Virus genome (UHGV): UHGV-1796434
DNA: 19,700 nt
Source: a virus
Strand: one strand, 5' to 3'
Shown here: positions 18,761 to 19,700 of the stretch, one piece after another
Layout: every line of letters starts with the position of its first letter
Numbering within the stretch: the first letter of the stretch is position 1
Program-made: the position numbers and the translations under genes
The notes under the pieces: model-generated
What the model was told of the DNA's origin: nothing
The model's input: only the letters and a program-made list of their open reading frames with translations
Database searches by the model: none

Positions 18761-19006
18761 TTATGAACCAGATTCAGCTTCAAACCACAGTAGTGTGTCT
18801 TCCGACTCTTTGATAGCTTTCGTCGTTCTGGCTACCAGCCCGCTTTCAGATGTTACCCAGCTTAACTGGTTCACAAAGATTTGATACTTCAACGGATCGT
18901 CACCAACAAACTTAATCGCGTCTGCTGCAGCGGCGGTGTCATAGTACAGTTTCGCCAGCAGGTTTAAGCGGATCTGCTATGCAGGTGTAACCGTGATTTT
19001 AGACAT
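18761..19006 (-). pseudogene. Small ORF (about 81 codons) interrupted by an in-frame amber codon at codon 10
   Basis: Hand translation from ATG 19004-19006 (AGGGGA SD 6 nt upstream): MSKITVTPA, then TAG at about 18977-18979, then the frame stays open for 71 codons (QIRLNLLAKLYYDTAAAADAIKFVGDDPLKYQIFVNQLSWVTSESGLVARTTKAIKESEDTLLWFEAESGS) to TAA at 18761-18763. No in-frame ATG downstream of the TAG. Confidence 0.4.
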
Positions 19007-19121
19007 TGTTTATCCCCTGGTGGGTATATTTATTGTCTTATCCGCTTGTTGGGATATCCATTATCAAAGCCACTCTGCAAGGAATGGCTTTTATGATGGC
19101 AATAAAAACAGTCGTAGGAGG

Positions 19122-19370
19122 TTAGATTAAGTCTTCACGTTTTTCATATTCATCGATATGATAAAGATGCATAAACTTTTCATCATGCCCACCAAATATC
19201 TGTGTTATCGATTCGTCATCCCGGCCTTCAACAATTAAATGCTTTTCATGTGTTCCTGGCATAAATAACGCCTTTACAACATATTCTAAGTGGTGTTTGA
19301 ACTGTACGTGAAGCTCTCTTGCATCCTCAAAAGGAATATTTTCGGTAAGTTCAAAATAACGAAATGCCAT
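19122..19370 (-). CDS. Hypothetical small acidic, His-rich protein, 82 aa
   Basis: Track ORF; ATG at 19368-19370 with GGGAGGT SD 4 nt upstream. Product MAFRYFELTENIPFEDARELHVQFKHHLEYVV... has several His residues and is AT-rich in codon usage. No family recognised. Confidence 0.5.
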   Translation of the reverse strand: MAFRYFELTENIPFEDARELHVQFKHHLEYVVKALFMPGTHEKHLIVEGRDDESITQIFGGHDEKFMHLYHIDEYEKREDLI

Positions 19371-19413
19371 ATCTACCTCCCGTATAATGAGAGCTCATCA
19401 TTAATGAATTTTC

Positions 19414-19431
19414 TTGTCATGACAATGACAA
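19414..19431. promoter_or_regulatory. Operator-like palindrome TTGTCATGACAA plus an extra TGACAA half-site, upstream of the 82 aa gene
   Basis: Perfect 12 bp palindrome at 19414-19425 followed by a direct repeat of the half-site at 19426-19431, about 45-60 nt upstream of the 82 aa gene start and overlapping TTGTCA -35-like hexamers on the minus strand. Confidence 0.3.
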
Positions 19432-19700
19432 ATTATTTCAGGTTCCATTAGATATAGCTTTGTAATGAACTGGCACTTATCTCAACACAGCCCTTACCGC
19501 GCGCCAGATGCTCAATATCAAGCATCAGCAATGAGATGTTTAATCTGGATTCGCTCCAGAAGTAAGCACCACCCTGTCTACAGAGCCAGATGTGAAGGAT
19601 GATTGATCCTACCCACGTAATATGGACACAGGCCTAAGCGAGGTTCTTGTTTTCAAATTGTTCCGGACTGAGGCCGCCACACCAACTGTGCCGCCGCCAC

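Noticed and set aside
17716-19102. Exact 13-mer ATGGCAATAAAAA present at about 17717-17729 and about 19088-19100, bracketing four of the cargo genes; considered as cassette-flanking direct repeats
   Set aside because: In a 19.7 kb window a 13-mer match is expected a few times by chance, more so in AT-rich DNA, and the A-run is part of the terminator U-tract at one site. Not strong enough to call an insertion boundary.
17766-19370. Possibility that the small cargo ORFs are the phage lysis cassette (holin, endolysin, spanin)
   Set aside because: None has the two or three transmembrane segments of a holin, and all are far shorter than an endolysin. The acidic soluble character and AT-rich composition do not fit core lysis genes.
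19383-19388. Perfect TATAAT hexamer on the plus strand
   Set aside because: No acceptable -35 element at 16-18 nt spacing, and there is no plus-strand gene downstream. Likely a by-product of AT-rich sequence, though it is adjacent to the minus-strand leader.
19622-19700. Plus-strand open frame starting at ATG about 19622 (MDTGLSEVLVFKLFRTEAATPTVPPP...) running off the right edge
   Set aside because: No SD within range, rare codons at the start, and opposite in orientation to every supported gene. The minus-strand frame entering from the edge is the more plausible coding reading.
1-19700. Looked for tRNA or rRNA genes, CRISPR repeat-spacer arrays, integrase or att sites, and transposase or IS ends
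   Set aside because: No cloverleaf-compatible segment, no regularly spaced direct repeats, and no recombinase or transposase-like ORF was seen. The window appears to be internal to the prophage.

Overview
The window is almost entirely the late (virion) region of a temperate myovirus prophage in an enterobacterial-type genome, with every convincing gene on the minus strand. Reading right to left: an AT-rich cluster of five small ORFs (17.7-19.4 kb), an HNH endonuclease, a GC-rich intergenic inverted repeat (candidate cos region), terminase small and large subunits, a tiny membrane protein, portal, prohead protease, HK97-family major capsid, head-tail joining proteins, then a Mu-like contractile tail (sheath, tube, frameshifted chaperone pair, tape measure, DNA-circulation protein, baseplate gp44-gp48 analogues) and the start of a tail fibre running off the left edge. 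An HK97-like head joined to a Mu-like tail is the SfV-type mosaic. Family calls are from my recollection of the protein sequences and gene order; no search was run. The part most worth follow-up is the 17.7-19.4 kb cluster: low GC against a roughly 55-60% GC structural module, five small, mostly acidic proteins of unknown function, its own terminators, one ORF broken by an in-frame amber codon, and a palindromic operator-like site upstream. I could not identify what this cluster does. No tRNA, rRNA, CRISPR array, integrase or transposase was seen. CDS coordinates follow the supplied ORF track (stop included); sites I derived by hand may be off by 1-2 nt.
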